From the NCBI GenBank assembly GCA_964354625.1, contig CAYHAK010000003.1, positions 15,453 through 79,452 of the forward strand: a stretch of DNA of 64,000 nt, given 5' to 3'. The DNA is from an uncultured Candidatus Bathyarchaeia archaeon (GTDB lineage: Archaea; Thermoproteota; Bathyarchaeia; Bathyarchaeales; Bathycorpusculaceae). The position numbers and the translations under genes were made by a program. Below, in pieces: positions 9,308 to 19,152 of this stretch. Position 1 is the first letter of the stretch. Every line of letters begins with the position of its first letter. The notes under the pieces are model-generated. The model worked only from the letters and a program-made list of their open reading frames with translations. It was not told the origin of the DNA and did not search any database.

Positions 9308-9317
9308 GCGCGCGCGC
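9308..9317. repeat. alternating GC tract (GCGCGCGCGC), copy of the dispersed motif
   Basis: Read directly as cTAAGCGCGCGCGCt, 12 nt upstream of the out-of-frame ATG of the DUF371-like gene. Confidence 0.8.
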
Positions 9318-9379
9318 TCGTCTTCGCGCGTTTTTCGAATCATGATCTTCGCCATTGTTGGTCGCACAGCTTGATTGGG

Positions 9380-10345
9380 TCACTCGAGGACGTCTATGGA
9401 GTCGACTTTGCCGTCTCCGTCCAAGTCGAAGCCCTGTATGACCGTGGCAAATACGTCTTGGCCATTGTAGTTTCTGAGTGTTTTCTTCCAGAAGTTTGTC
9501 AATGCCAGCACGCACGCCTTCGTGCCTACGGCCTTGTTTCCAGCCAATATGATGACCCGCTTCGACTCGTCCCACGGATTCGCGATCTTCGCCACAAGCC
9601 CTGCGACATCAGCCGTGTATGCGTGGCCAGTCTTCTTGGAGAACATTCCTCCGAAAAGGAAGCCCTGCTCCGAAGGCTGCATGTTGAACCGTATCGGCAG
9701 ATGCTCGTTTACATCTTGTGTGAGCAGGTTTGTGCCTGGGCCTCCCACAAGGACTAGATTGCTCTTCTCTTCTTTCTCGGCCTTCACGTCAACATCAAGC
9801 TTGATCACAAACTCCTCAGGCGCCTTCATGAACTGACCTAGATAGAACGTCAGATAAGAGGCGTAGTGACCGTCTCTGGCGCTTGTCTTAAACGGACCGT
9901 GAGGTGTCGGGCTGCCGACCACGATTTTCCCGTCAAAAACGCCATCTTTAGCGAATTCCTTGAAGAACCCTTGGATTTGCGCGTCCATGTGCAGCACCGA
10001 GAGCCTCTGCGTTTGCCTGTATTCTTGAGAGAGCTCCACGCCGAAGGCGGGCGAGAAGACCCGGTAGTATTTCGCTATGGCGCCCTTCTTTTCCTCTTCT
10101 TTGGCCACTGTTATGGCTCCGGCCTTAACCAGTTTCCTGATGTGATAGTAGACCTTCTGTTCGTGAATGCCCATCTTTTTGGCTATTTCAAGTGGGTACA
10201 TTTCTGTCTCAGAAAGCATAACCAGAATCCTCCAGCTCAGCTTGTTAAGAATCATTTTCAGCCTTTCTGGGTCTTTTACTATGGCGATTTCCTTAACCAT
10301 CTGAGTATTGCCTTGTTCTTGAAGCAGCAGTTTCTTTTCCATCAC
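9380..10345 (-). CDS. ArsR-type wHTH regulator fused to an uncharacterised ~200-aa C-terminal domain
   Basis: The N-terminus, RILVMLSETEMYPLEIAKKMGIHEQKVYYHIRKLVKAGAI, is an ArsR/HTH_20 pattern. The C-terminal domain contains VLVGGPGTNLL and ends in DLDGDGKVDSIDVLE. Confidence 0.75.
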   Translation of the reverse strand: MMEKKLLLQEQGNTQMVKEIAIVKDPERLKMILNKLSWRILVMLSETEMYPLEIAKKMGIHEQKVYYHIRKLVKAGAITVAKEEEKKGAIAKYYRVFSPAFGVELSQEYRQTQRLSVLHMDAQIQGFFKEFAKDGVFDGKIVVGSPTPHGPFKTSARDGHYASYLTFYLGQFMKAPEEFVIKLDVDVKAEKEEKSNLVLVGGPGTNLLTQDVNEHLPIRFNMQPSEQGFLFGGMFSKKTGHAYTADVAGLVAKIANPWDESKRVIILAGNKAVGTKACVLALTNFWKKTLRNYNGQDVFATVIQGFDLDGDGKVDSIDVLE

Positions 10346-10369
10346 GGATCACATGTTGTAAGCACCTAT

Positions 10370-10393
10370 CCATTATAAAAATTTTTATTATGG
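10370..10393. promoter_or_regulatory. AT-rich near-palindrome (ccattataaaaatttttattatgg), candidate bidirectional TATA region
   Basis: Read directly. It sits 25-48 nt upstream of the regulator start (10345, minus strand) and about 55 nt upstream of the metE-like start (10447). Confidence 0.35.
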
Positions 10394-10446
10394 TAAACCA
10401 CCAAACTTGTTAAAGGCAACACAGAAGCCAGAACAGCAGGGTCAGA

Positions 10447-11057
10447 ATGATAGGCTACTACGCCACAGGCATATTCCCACGTCCGGAGAGGTTGATTGCA
10501 GTCACTCGGGCCTATGACAGAAAAGCTACAACTGAAAAGCGGCTTGAAGAAGCCTTCGGAATTGCCGCAAAGGAGGCCTTGGCTGCTCAGTCATCTGCGG
10601 GCTTCAGCTACGTTACCGATGGAGTGTTGAAGTGGCAAGACCTTCTGAGGCCTTTCGCAGAACACTTGGGCGGCGTGAGGCCAGGCAGCCTCGCCAGATG
10701 GTTCAACAACAACACCTTCTACCGAAAACCATTCGTAACATGCAACCTCAAGCGAGACAAGCCAGTAGTTGAAGTCAACTCGCGCGTTATGCCCTTAGCG
10801 CGCGCGAACTGGCTCTGTTCGAAGACCACGGTTACCGCGGCAACTACGGCATAGGCGTGATCGACGTGCATACGGACTTTGTCGAACCACCGGAACTTGT
10901 TAGAGATAGGATATTGCACGCCGTCAGCGTTGTTGGTGATCCAGGCAGGATTCGGGCGAGCACGGATTGTGGCCTTCGAACGAGAAGCTGGGAAACAAGC
11001 TTTCAGAAGATAAGAAACGTGGTCTTAGGCGCTGAGCTGGCCAGAAGAGCCCTGTAG
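10447..11057 (+). pseudogene. metE: cobalamin-independent methionine synthase (short archaeal MetE type) with an internal deletion and frame change
   Basis: ORF 10447..10854 carries the N-terminal MetE-like part (FPRPERL, SYVTDGVLKWQD, RWFNNNTFYRKP). A second frame carries the C-terminal part (ELALFEDHGYRGNYGIGVIDVHTDFVEPPELV...STDCGLRTR). About 120-130 central residues, including the His-x-Cys zinc ligands, are missing. Confidence 0.7.
10798..10806. repeat. alternating GC tract, copy of the dispersed motif, at the metE deletion junction
   Basis: Read directly as ccTTAGCGCGCGCGaac. Confidence 0.8.
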
Positions 11058-11253
11058 AAGAACGACCATTATAAGGATTCTTTTACGATTCGTCACGAGA
11101 AAGGAAGGCCGACGGCCAAAGCACCGTCATTTTGCGACGAAAGCTTTCAAAAATCTTTCAGAACTAAAACATTTCTCCTAAAAATCCTTATTAGCGCCAC
11201 AGCTGCTTGTGTAGGGCTTGCAGTACTAAACGCCAGAGGATGATGCTTGAAGC

Positions 11254-13083
11254 ATGTGCGGCATATTCGGCTGTATTATGAAAGACGGCAATGTTGCACC
11301 AGTGATTCATGCTGGTTTGAAAAGGCTTGAATACCGAGGCTACGACTCGGTGGGTGAAGCCACACTCTTTAACGGTGCGCTGTATCTGAAGAAGGATCAA
11401 GGCAAGATCGACGAAGTTCACGCCACACGCAATTTGGACGACCTGCCCGGCAGCATAGGCATAGGCCACACAAGATGGGCAACACACGGAGCACCACTGC
11501 AAGTAAACGCCCACCCGCACACCGACTGCACAGGACAGCTTGCCGTTGCGCACAACGGGATCATTGAGAACTTCTCTGAACTCAGACAGGAGCTTGAGGC
11601 GAAAGGCCACGTTCTCAAGTCCAGAACCGACACCGAAGTCATCCCTCACCTGATTGAAGAAGCGCTGAAAAACAACCCTTCCCTAGGCCTTACGGATGCG
11701 GTTCTTGAGGCCATGAAGAGGCTCGAAGGTTCATACGCGATCGCCGTCATTGCCACGAAGGAACCAGACAAAATAGTGTGCGCAAGACACGAAAGCCCGC
11801 TCGTCGTAGGCATCAACGACAGCGCAATCTACTGCGCATCAGACATCCCTGCATTTCTGCCTATAACCAACAAGGCAGTCATGATAGAGGATGGCGAGCT
11901 TGTCACGCTTTCGTTGCAGGGCTACGAGATTAGGAATATTGCAGATTCGAAGGTCGTTCCCCGCGAGCCGAAGGTCATTGATTGGACGCCTGAGATGGCT
12001 GGGAAGCAGGGTTATCCTCATTACATGATCAAGGAGATTCATGAGCAGCCGGCTACGTTGCGGAACACGCTGAGGCTGCAGGAACACTATTTGGATTTGA
12101 TGTCCACTTTTCTGGATCGCGCCCGAGAGGTCTTCCTCGTAGCCTGTGGGACATCCTACCACGCCTGTCTAGCCTCATCATACATGTTCTCCAAACTTGC
12201 CTTCCTCCCCACGTACCCAGTAATAGCCTCAGAATTCGTCGAACAACACGGCAAATCAGTCAACATCGAAAGCACAATACTAACCGTAAGCCAATCAGGC
12301 GAAACCGCCGACATCTTGACCGCTGTAAACGCTGCGCGCCAGAGGGCTGCAACGGTTCTCGGGCTGACCAACGCTATCGGTTCGACTTTGACTAGGGTCT
12401 CGCGAGTATACGTCGGCCAGCAGTCTGGACCTGAGATCGGCGTGGCGGCCACCAAGACGTTCACGTCTCAGCTTTCCGTCTTGGCTGGTTTGGCTTTGAG
12501 GCTTGCGAAGCAAAGAGGCAAGGTTTCGCAAGACGAGATGGACTACTTGGCCGACAGGCTGAAGAAGCTTCCAGACACTGTTGACATTATTATCAGGACT
12601 CAGGAGGAGAAGATGAAGCAGATTGCCCGCAAGTACAAGGATGCGAAGGCATTCTTCTTTTTGGGTCGTGGAATAAGCACGGCCACGGCTTACGAGGGAC
12701 GACTCAAACTCATGGAAATCGCCTACGTGCCTGCCATGGCTTTTCCTGCAGGCGAAAGCAAACACGGCCCAATAAGCCTTGTGGAACCCGGCTTCCCAGT
12801 AGTCTTCATATGCCCCAAAGATGACACACATAAAACGTTGGTCGGCAACGTCATGGAAATGAAGGCGCGAGGCGCATCGATAATCGCCATCGTCGAAGAA
12901 GGCGACGAAGAAATCAAACGACTGGCAGACGACTACGTTGAGCTTCCGAAAGAAATCCCCGAAGTGCTTTCGCCCATACCCTACGTTGTGCCACTGCAGC
13001 TGTTGGCCTACTACATGGCAGTGGAAAAAGGCTACAACCCAGACACCCCCAGAAACCTAGCCAAATCGGTCACAGTGAAGTAG
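11254..13083 (+). CDS. glmS: glutamine--fructose-6-phosphate aminotransferase (isomerising)
   Basis: MCGIFG N-terminal nucleophile, two SIS domains, and the C-terminal LAKSVTVK. 609 aa. Confidence 0.95.
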   Translation: MCGIFGCIMKDGNVAPVIHAGLKRLEYRGYDSVGEATLFNGALYLKKDQGKIDEVHATRNLDDLPGSIGIGHTRWATHGAPLQVNAHPHTDCTGQLAVAHNGIIENFSELRQELEAKGHVLKSRTDTEVIPHLIEEALKNNPSLGLTDAVLEAMKRLEGSYAIAVIATKEPDKIVCARHESPLVVGINDSAIYCASDIPAFLPITNKAVMIEDGELVTLSLQGYEIRNIADSKVVPREPKVIDWTPEMAGKQGYPHYMIKEIHEQPATLRNTLRLQEHYLDLMSTFLDRAREVFLVACGTSYHACLASSYMFSKLAFLPTYPVIASEFVEQHGKSVNIESTILTVSQSGETADILTAVNAARQRAATVLGLTNAIGSTLTRVSRVYVGQQSGPEIGVAATKTFTSQLSVLAGLALRLAKQRGKVSQDEMDYLADRLKKLPDTVDIIIRTQEEKMKQIARKYKDAKAFFFLGRGISTATAYEGRLKLMEIAYVPAMAFPAGESKHGPISLVEPGFPVVFICPKDDTHKTLVGNVMEMKARGASIIAIVEEGDEEIKRLADDYVELPKEIPEVLSPIPYVVPLQLLAYYMAVEKGYNPDTPRNLAKSVTVK

Positions 13084-13168
13084 CTATGTTTCTTTCCCTG
13101 AATCTTTAAGCTGGATGCAGATACATTAAAAGTCAGCTTCTCCTCACTGTTATGTTGGTGCCCTTAGT

Positions 13169-13846
13169 TTGGATAATAGCGATTGGGGAAAACTGGTTGA
13201 CAAGCTGACGAAAGAAAGCATTCTTCGTTCACCCCAAGTAGTCAACGCCATGCTTGCTCTGCCGCGCGCGAAGTTTCTCCCAGAGAACATGCAGGCCTAC
13301 AGCGCCGTGGACACGCCGCTTCCAATTGGGTTCGGGCAGACGGCCTCCGCCCCGCATATGGTGTCAATAATGAATGAGGCACTTCAGCTGGAGGTTGGGC
13401 ACAAGGTGCTGGAAGTCGGCGCAGGATGCGGATGGCATGCCGCCACCATAGCGGAGATAGTAGCGCCTAGCGGAGCACCCAGCAGCGAACGCGGCCACGT
13501 GTACACCGTAGAAATAGTACAGGAACTGGCAGACTTCGCACGCAAGAACGCATTGAAAGCAGGATACGGCGACCGCGTAACCATAACCTGCGGCGACGGC
13601 TCGCTTGGCCTACCGGAAAAGGCTCCCTACGACAGAATCCTAGTCACAGCCGCCGCACCGGACATACCCAGACCACTACTCGAACAGCTGAAGCCTAATG
13701 GAATCATGCTTATCCCTGTCGGAAACGCCTCCCTGTTTCAGAACCTTGTGAGGATCACGAAAATGGATGGGGACAATATCAAACAGGAAAACCTGGGTGG
13801 TGTGGCCTTTGTGCCTTTGACAGGGCGCTACGGCCATGTGCTCTGA
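13169..13846 (+). CDS. pcm: protein-L-isoaspartate O-methyltransferase
   Basis: TASAPHMV and VLEVGAGCGWHAA motifs. TTG start. Confidence 0.9.
   Translation: MDNSDWGKLVDKLTKESILRSPQVVNAMLALPRAKFLPENMQAYSAVDTPLPIGFGQTASAPHMVSIMNEALQLEVGHKVLEVGAGCGWHAATIAEIVAPSGAPSSERGHVYTVEIVQELADFARKNALKAGYGDRVTITCGDGSLGLPEKAPYDRILVTAAAPDIPRPLLEQLKPNGIMLIPVGNASLFQNLVRITKMDGDNIKQENLGGVAFVPLTGRYGHVL
13263..13270. repeat. alternating CG tract (CGCGCGCG) inside pcm coding sequence
   Basis: Read directly. It lacks the WAG flank and may be coincidental coding sequence (LPRAK). Confidence 0.4.
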
Positions 13847-13859
13847 GCTCGATGGTTTG

Positions 13860-15173
13860 TTAGGGGATTTGAAGCTTGTCTTTGTATGCCTCGAGATCCA
13901 GCCAGCCGTGCCCGCTGATGTTCATGCATATCGCTCTTTCGTTGCCGGCCTTCTCGGCCTTGAGGGCTTCGTCGATTCCTGCACGGAGAGCGTAGCTGGA
14001 TTCCGGTGCTGGAAGCCATCCTTCGGTTTGTACGAAGGTTCTTGCGGCCTCGAAGATTGCTTTCTCGTCTGCAGGGTAGGCTATGGCCTTTATCAGATCA
14101 TGCTTCCTAAGCAAGCTTATGATCGGACCCGCTGCGTGATAACGCAGACCATCTGCTCTGATCGGAGTCATTTCGGTCTTGTGGCCTAGAGTATACATTT
14201 TCAGCAAAGGTGTGTGCTCAGCCACATCGCCGAAGTCATACCTATACTCTCCTTTCGTGAGGTTGGGTGCAGCGGCCGATTGTGCTGCGAGGAACTCGCA
14301 TTTCCGTTTGCCTTTCAGAACCTCGCCTATGAAGGGAAGCGCGATTCCGCCGAAATTCGAGCCACCTCCTAGGCAGCCTACGATCAGGTCAGGCTTCTCG
14401 TCAATCGATTCAAACTGCTTGATGGTCTCCAGTCCTATGACTGATTGCTGTGTCATGACGTGGTTCAAGACTGAGCCGAGGCAGTACACGCTGTCCTCGT
14501 GCGTTTCCGCGTATTCCAGCCCTTCTGAGATTGCTATGCCTAGTGATCCGGGGCTTTTCGGATTCTTGGACTGGATCTCCCTGCCCGTTTTTGTCTCCTT
14601 GCTGGGTGAGGAGTGGACTTTGGCTCCAAAGAGCTTCATGAGGGTTCGTCTGTCTGTTTTCCAGTCGTAAACGGATTTGACCCAGAAGACTACGCAGTTA
14701 AGGCCGAGTAGGCTTGCGGTGTACGAGAGGGCTGTTCCCCACTGGCCCGCGCCGGTTTCCGTGCTCAGAGTCGTTTTTCCTTCTTTCATGGCATAGTAGG
14801 CCTGTGCGATTGCTGTGTTGGTCTTGTGGGAACCGGTTGGCGACAGGTCTTCTCGCTTGTAGTAGAGTCTAACCTTCTTGAGGCCCAGCTTCTTTTCGAG
14901 ACGCTTTGCCCTGTAGAGCGGCCTCGGCCTGCCCATGTGAATATAGAGCTCGCGTATTTCTTCGGGGATTGTGATCCAGCTTTGGGTGGACATTTCTTGA
15001 CCTAGGCACTCTTTGATCATTGTTTTGGCCAGGTATTCCATTCGTGACGGGCCTGTTTCGGGTTGCTTTGGTGGGGGAAGTGGTTCAGGCAGGTCAGGCA
15101 TGATGTTGTACCATTTTGTCGGGAATTCGTCTATTGGCAGGGCAATCTGATCCTTATCCATAATCGTCACCAT
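13860..15173 (-). CDS. trpB2: TrpB2-type tryptophan synthase beta-like PLP enzyme
   Basis: PTKWYNIMPDLPEPLPPP N-terminus, PTGSHKTNTA (PLP lysine), GAGQWG. Start options are 15233, 15173 and 15161. I chose 15173. Confidence 0.9.
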   Translation of the reverse strand: MVTIMDKDQIALPIDEFPTKWYNIMPDLPEPLPPPKQPETGPSRMEYLAKTMIKECLGQEMSTQSWITIPEEIRELYIHMGRPRPLYRAKRLEKKLGLKKVRLYYKREDLSPTGSHKTNTAIAQAYYAMKEGKTTLSTETGAGQWGTALSYTASLLGLNCVVFWVKSVYDWKTDRRTLMKLFGAKVHSSPSKETKTGREIQSKNPKSPGSLGIAISEGLEYAETHEDSVYCLGSVLNHVMTQQSVIGLETIKQFESIDEKPDLIVGCLGGGSNFGGIALPFIGEVLKGKRKCEFLAAQSAAAPNLTKGEYRYDFGDVAEHTPLLKMYTLGHKTEMTPIRADGLRYHAAGPIISLLRKHDLIKAIAYPADEKAIFEAARTFVQTEGWLPAPESSYALRAGIDEALKAEKAGNERAICMNISGHGWLDLEAYKDKLQIP

Positions 15174-15246
15174 TTTGAAGAGCGTATAGTATGGCGGGTT
15201 CCCAATTAAAGACTTCCGTTTCTGATCGGCCACAGTGCTTCTTGGG

Positions 15247-16281
15247 CTATCCGAACCATTTTTCCAGCGTAGTTTTTCCGCGGGATTTCGTTATGCCTTT
15301 CTGCATGCGTTCGAGTGTGTTGCGAACGCGTTCCTCGGAGAAGTCTCGGCCTCGGCAGATGAAGTTGACGACGCCCTCGGTGTCGGGCTCCAGCCATTCG
15401 AGTCTGTAGTTGTTGGAAACAACCGGTTTCAGGAAAATCTCCCTGATTCGACCTGGTTCAGTCGGGAATTCGGCGTTTTGGATGTGTGGCAGCGCGTTTT
15501 CCAGTGTTCCGTGTTCCTTGACCAGTTTTAAGGCATTTTTTGGTCCTAATCCTTTGATACCGTCTGGATTGAAGTCTGTTCCGATGAGTATGCCTACGTC
15601 TACCAGTTGTTCGTGTGTTATCCCGCATTTAATGAGCGTCTGCTGGAGGTCCACGACTTCCGGGATGACTTCGACGTAGATGTTTTTGCTGGGCAGCTTT
15701 CGGTGGCCTGATATGTTTACGTTTCTTATGAGTTTGGGTGCTCCGAATAGGAGGCTGTCGTAGTCTTGGCTTGCACAGTAATCGGCATCGCCTCGCCTTG
15801 TGATGTGGGCGGCTTGGGCTTCGCCCTCGCTGGGCGCCTGCACCCACGGGATGCCCATGAGCTTGAGGAGTGTTTTGCTGTCGTCGGCCATGTAGTCTTT
15901 CAGGCGCGAGGTCGCCTGCGCGTACACGCGTGCCTCTTGGATCTTACCCTCGCTAATCGCCAGTTCGTAGCGTACCTGCGCCTCCTGCTTTACGGCAACG
16001 CGCCTCTGAATCTCGACCTCCTTCAGTGCTGGTGGCGTTCCGTCGAAGACGTAGATTGGTTTGATTCCCATTTCGACGAGGTTGCTTGTTCTGTAAAGTA
16101 GTCCGCTGAGGTGGCTTGTGACTCTGCCGCTGCTGTCTTTGAGCGGCGTGCCGTCTGGTTGTCGGATTATGGCCAGAAACTGGTAGAGTGCGTTGTAGGC
16201 GTCTATGGCGACTATCTTCCCACCCAAGTCCTTGAGTTTCACGACGGCTTTAGGCACGAGGTCGCGGAGGTTGACGCCCAA
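15247..16281 (-). CDS. fen: flap endonuclease 1
   Basis: (M)GVNLRDLVPK...AIDAYNALYQFL...VFDG...GTDFN. The canonical FEN1 N-terminus begins at TTG 16281; the ORF is open to 16341. Confidence 0.92.
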   Translation of the reverse strand: MGVNLRDLVPKAVVKLKDLGGKIVAIDAYNALYQFLAIIRQPDGTPLKDSSGRVTSHLSGLLYRTSNLVEMGIKPIYVFDGTPPALKEVEIQRRVAVKQEAQVRYELAISEGKIQEARVYAQATSRLKDYMADDSKTLLKLMGIPWVQAPSEGEAQAAHITRRGDADYCASQDYDSLLFGAPKLIRNVNISGHRKLPSKNIYVEVIPEVVDLQQTLIKCGITHEQLVDVGILIGTDFNPDGIKGLGPKNALKLVKEHGTLENALPHIQNAEFPTEPGRIREIFLKPVVSNNYRLEWLEPDTEGVVNFICRGRDFSEERVRNTLERMQKGITKSRGKTTLEKWFG

Positions 16282-16385
16282 AAAGGACACCGGAAAGTAA
16301 TGGCTTGGAGGTTCGATAATAAACTTACGAGGCGCAAACATATAAGATATAAGGAGGTCTTACAATTACAGAACCGACGCTAGGG

Positions 16386-16592
16386 ATGGTCTTTATGACT
16401 GAAAAAGCATCATTGTCATCGACAATCACGTTGGCTACGTGCACGAGCTGTGGCAAGCCTATCCCGCCGGGTGTGGCGGCCACGAAGTTCATGTGCCCCA
16501 AGTGCGGAGAAATCCTGATAAGACGCTGCAACAAGTGTCGAAAGTTCGGCCGTCCTTACAAGTGTCCGAAATGCGGCTTCACCGGGCCATAG
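16386..16592 (+). CDS. small zinc-ribbon protein (COG2888-like) preceding aEF-1beta
   Basis: Four CxxC pairs (CTSCG, CPKCG, CNKC, CPKCG). From memory, this is a conserved neighbour of archaeal ef1b. Confidence 0.7.
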   Translation: MVFMTEKASLSSTITLATCTSCGKPIPPGVAATKFMCPKCGEILIRRCNKCRKFGRPYKCPKCGFTGP

Positions 16593-16609
16593 AAGCAGAG
16601 GACTGGAAA

Positions 16610-16885
16610 ATGGGTAGCGTGGTCGTAACTTACAAGATATTTCCGTCTGACATCACGACCAGTTTTGATGATTTGAAGAAGAGGATCGAGGCTAGTTTGC
16701 CCAAGTTCGCGGAGGTCTACGGTTACGGCGAGGAGCCCGTCGCCTTCGGCCTCAAAGTCCTACTGGCGCAATTCAAGTTTCCCGAAGACCAAACAGGCGT
16801 GCTTGAGGAATTCGAGAAACGTGTGGAAACGCTTGAGGGCGTGAGTCAGCTGCAGACGATCAATGTCCGCAGGACGAGCAGATAG
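16610..16885 (+). CDS. ef1b: translation elongation factor aEF-1 beta
   Basis: 91 aa from ATG 16610: MGSVVVTYKIFPSD...PVAFGLKVLLAQFKFPED... Confidence 0.85.
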   Translation: MGSVVVTYKIFPSDITTSFDDLKKRIEASLPKFAEVYGYGEEPVAFGLKVLLAQFKFPEDQTGVLEEFEKRVETLEGVSQLQTINVRRTSR

Positions 16886-16909
16886 CCTTCAAGGTGGTTG
16901 GTTTAAACG

Positions 16910-16918
16910 TTTATATAT
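16910..16918 (+). promoter_or_regulatory. TATA-box-like element (tttatatat) upstream of cdc48
   Basis: Read directly, 44-60 nt upstream of the candidate cdc48 starts, and preceded by gtttaaac. Confidence 0.4.
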
Positions 16919-16961
16919 GAATCTTGGATTGAACGTTATTTCGAACGTGCTTCAATGGTAG

Positions 16962-19148
16962 TTGGGGAGTGTTTTGATGAGTGAGATGCAGTTGCGTGTT
17001 GGTGACGCAAGGCAGAGAGATGTGGGCAGAGGCATAGCCCGCATTGACCAGAAGACTATGCAGAAGCTGGGTATTTCAGCGGGCGACGTTATCGAGATCG
17101 TGGGCAAACGCACCACTTCGGCTATTGCGTGGCCTGCCTACAGTGAGGACCAGAACCGCGATATGCTCCGCACCGACGGGTTCTCGCGAAAGAACGCTGG
17201 TGTGGCGATAAACGAATTCGTAATAGTGCGCCCTGCGAAAGTCAAGACGGCCCTGGGCGTAACGCTTGCGCCCGCGGACATGAGGTTGAACGTTGACGAG
17301 GATTTCACTAATTTTGTGAGGAACCGTTTGGTGGAGAGGACGCTAGTTGAGGGCGACACGACGCTTGTTATGATGTTGGGTCATGCGATTCCGTTCATGG
17401 TTACGAAGACGCGGCCTCACGGCATCATAAAGGTCACGGCTGAGACGAGGCTTACGATTTTGAATGAGCCTGCTCCTGAGGGCAAGGCGCTCCCGCACAC
17501 GATGTACGAGGACATCGGAGGCCTGCACGAGGAGCTTCAGCGCGTGCGGGAAATGGTCGAGCTTCCGCTCAGGCACCCTGAGCTGTTTCAGAGGCTGGGC
17601 ATTGAGCCGCCGAAGGGAGTGCTGCTTCACGGTCCTCCGGGCTGCGGAAAGACACTGTTGGCGCGGGCGGTGGCCAACGAGTCTGAGGCCAACTTCTTCT
17701 CGATTAACGGGCCTGAAATCATGAGCAAATTCTACGGCGAATCCGAGGCTCGCCTCAGAGAGATTTTCCAGCAGGCCCAGCAGAACGCGCCGGGCATAAT
17801 ATTCATTGATGAGTTGGATGCGATTGCGCCTAAGCGTGAGGAGGTCACGGGTGAGGTTGAGAGACGCGTGGTCGCTCAGCTCCTGGCCCTGATGGATGGC
17901 TTGAGCGGCAGAGGAAACGTGATAGTGATTGGTGCCACGAACCGGCCTGGGGCTCTTGACCCTGCGCTGAGGCGGCCTGGAAGGTTCGATCGGGAAATCG
18001 AGATAGCCGTTCCAGACAAGACGGGAAGGCATGAGATTCTGCAGATTCACACTCGAGGCATGCCTCTTGCAGAAGATGTTGATCTCAAGAAGTTGTCCAA
18101 CACAACTCACGGCTACACGGGCGCCGATCTTTCGGCATTGGGCAGGGAGACGGCCATGAAGGCCTTGCGCAGGTACTTGCCGCAGATTAACCTTGAGGAG
18201 GAGCGCATTCCGCCAAGCGTGCTGGAGAAGATGGAAGTGACCATGGAGGACTTTGTCAATGCGTACAAGGAGATCACGCCGACGGCGATGCGGGAGGTTT
18301 ATATTGAGGTGCCTTCGGTTCGCTGGGCGGATATCGGAGGCCTCGAAGGTGCCAAACAGGAGCTGAAGGAAGCCGTTGAGTGGCCTCTGAAGACCCCCGA
18401 GATATTCACGAGGTTAGGCATCAAACCGCCGAAGGGCATTCTGATCTATGGGCCTCCGGGCTGCGGAAAGACTCTGCTCGCAAGGGCAGTTGCCACTGAG
18501 AGCGAGGCCAACTTCATAACGATAAAAGGTCCCGAGGTGTTCTCGAAGTGGGTGGGCGAATCCGAGAAGGCCATACGTGAGGTGTTCAGGAAGGCCAGGA
18601 TGGCGGCGCCTGCGGTGATCTTTTTCGACGAGGTGGATTCGCTTGTGCCTAGAAGAGGGGCAGGCTATTCCGACAGCGGCGTCTCGGAACGCGTGATCAG
18701 CCAGCTTCTGACGGAGATGGACGGCATCGTGACTTTGGAGGACATTGTGATCATTGCGGCCACGAACAGACCGGACATCGTTGATCCCGCCGTAATTCGC
18801 CCCGGAAGGTTTGACCGCCTGATCTACGTGCCTGAGCCGGACGAGGGGAGCAGACTGCAGATTTTCAAGGTATACACGAAGGACATGCCACTGGCGAAGG
18901 ACGTGAACGTTGCCAACTGGGCAACTCTGGCTAAGGGTTACTCAGGCGCCGATATCGAGGCGCTGTGCAGGGAGGCGGCGATGCATGCCCTGCGTCAGGA
19001 CGTCAACTCGAAGGAGGTTTCGACGAAGGATTTCGAGGAGGCGTTGAAGCACACTGGGCCTTCAGTGACTCCTGACATGGAGAAGTGGTACAAGAGCTTC
19101 ATGCAGCAAGTGCGCCAGGTGCAGAAGCCAGGAACCCCAGTTTCATAG
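16962..19148 (+). CDS. cdc48: Cdc48/VCP-like AAA+ ATPase (two AAA domains plus N domain)
   Basis: Two Walker A motifs [15 protein letters not shown], two Walker B motifs (IIFIDELD and VIFFDEVD), and an N-terminal double-psi barrel-like region. 728 aa. Confidence 0.95.
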   Translation: MGSVLMSEMQLRVGDARQRDVGRGIARIDQKTMQKLGISAGDVIEIVGKRTTSAIAWPAYSEDQNRDMLRTDGFSRKNAGVAINEFVIVRPAKVKTALGVTLAPADMRLNVDEDFTNFVRNRLVERTLVEGDTTLVMMLGHAIPFMVTKTRPHGIIKVTAETRLTILNEPAPEGKALPHTMYEDIGGLHEELQRVREMVELPLRHPELFQRLGIEPPKGVLLHGPPGCGKTLLARAVANESEANFFSINGPEIMSKFYGESEARLREIFQQAQQNAPGIIFIDELDAIAPKREEVTGEVERRVVAQLLALMDGLSGRGNVIVIGATNRPGALDPALRRPGRFDREIEIAVPDKTGRHEILQIHTRGMPLAEDVDLKKLSNTTHGYTGADLSALGRETAMKALRRYLPQINLEEERIPPSVLEKMEVTMEDFVNAYKEITPTAMREVYIEVPSVRWADIGGLEGAKQELKEAVEWPLKTPEIFTRLGIKPPKGILIYGPPGCGKTLLARAVATESEANFITIKGPEVFSKWVGESEKAIREVFRKARMAAPAVIFFDEVDSLVPRRGAGYSDSGVSERVISQLLTEMDGIVTLEDIVIIAATNRPDIVDPAVIRPGRFDRLIYVPEPDEGSRLQIFKVYTKDMPLAKDVNVANWATLAKGYSGADIEALCREAAMHALRQDVNSKEVSTKDFEEALKHTGPSVTPDMEKWYKSFMQQVRQVQKPGTPVS

Positions 19149-19152
19149 GATC

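Noticed and set aside
11058-11253. Possible riboswitch or ribozyme in the glmS leader.
   Set aside because: The glmS ribozyme is a bacterial element. The leader is AT-rich and I could see no conserved core.
17343-18110. 255-aa reverse-strand ORF inside cdc48.
   Set aside because: It is antisense to an unambiguous AAA+ ATPase gene. Its Arg/Leu/Ser/Pro-rich composition is typical of shadow ORFs.
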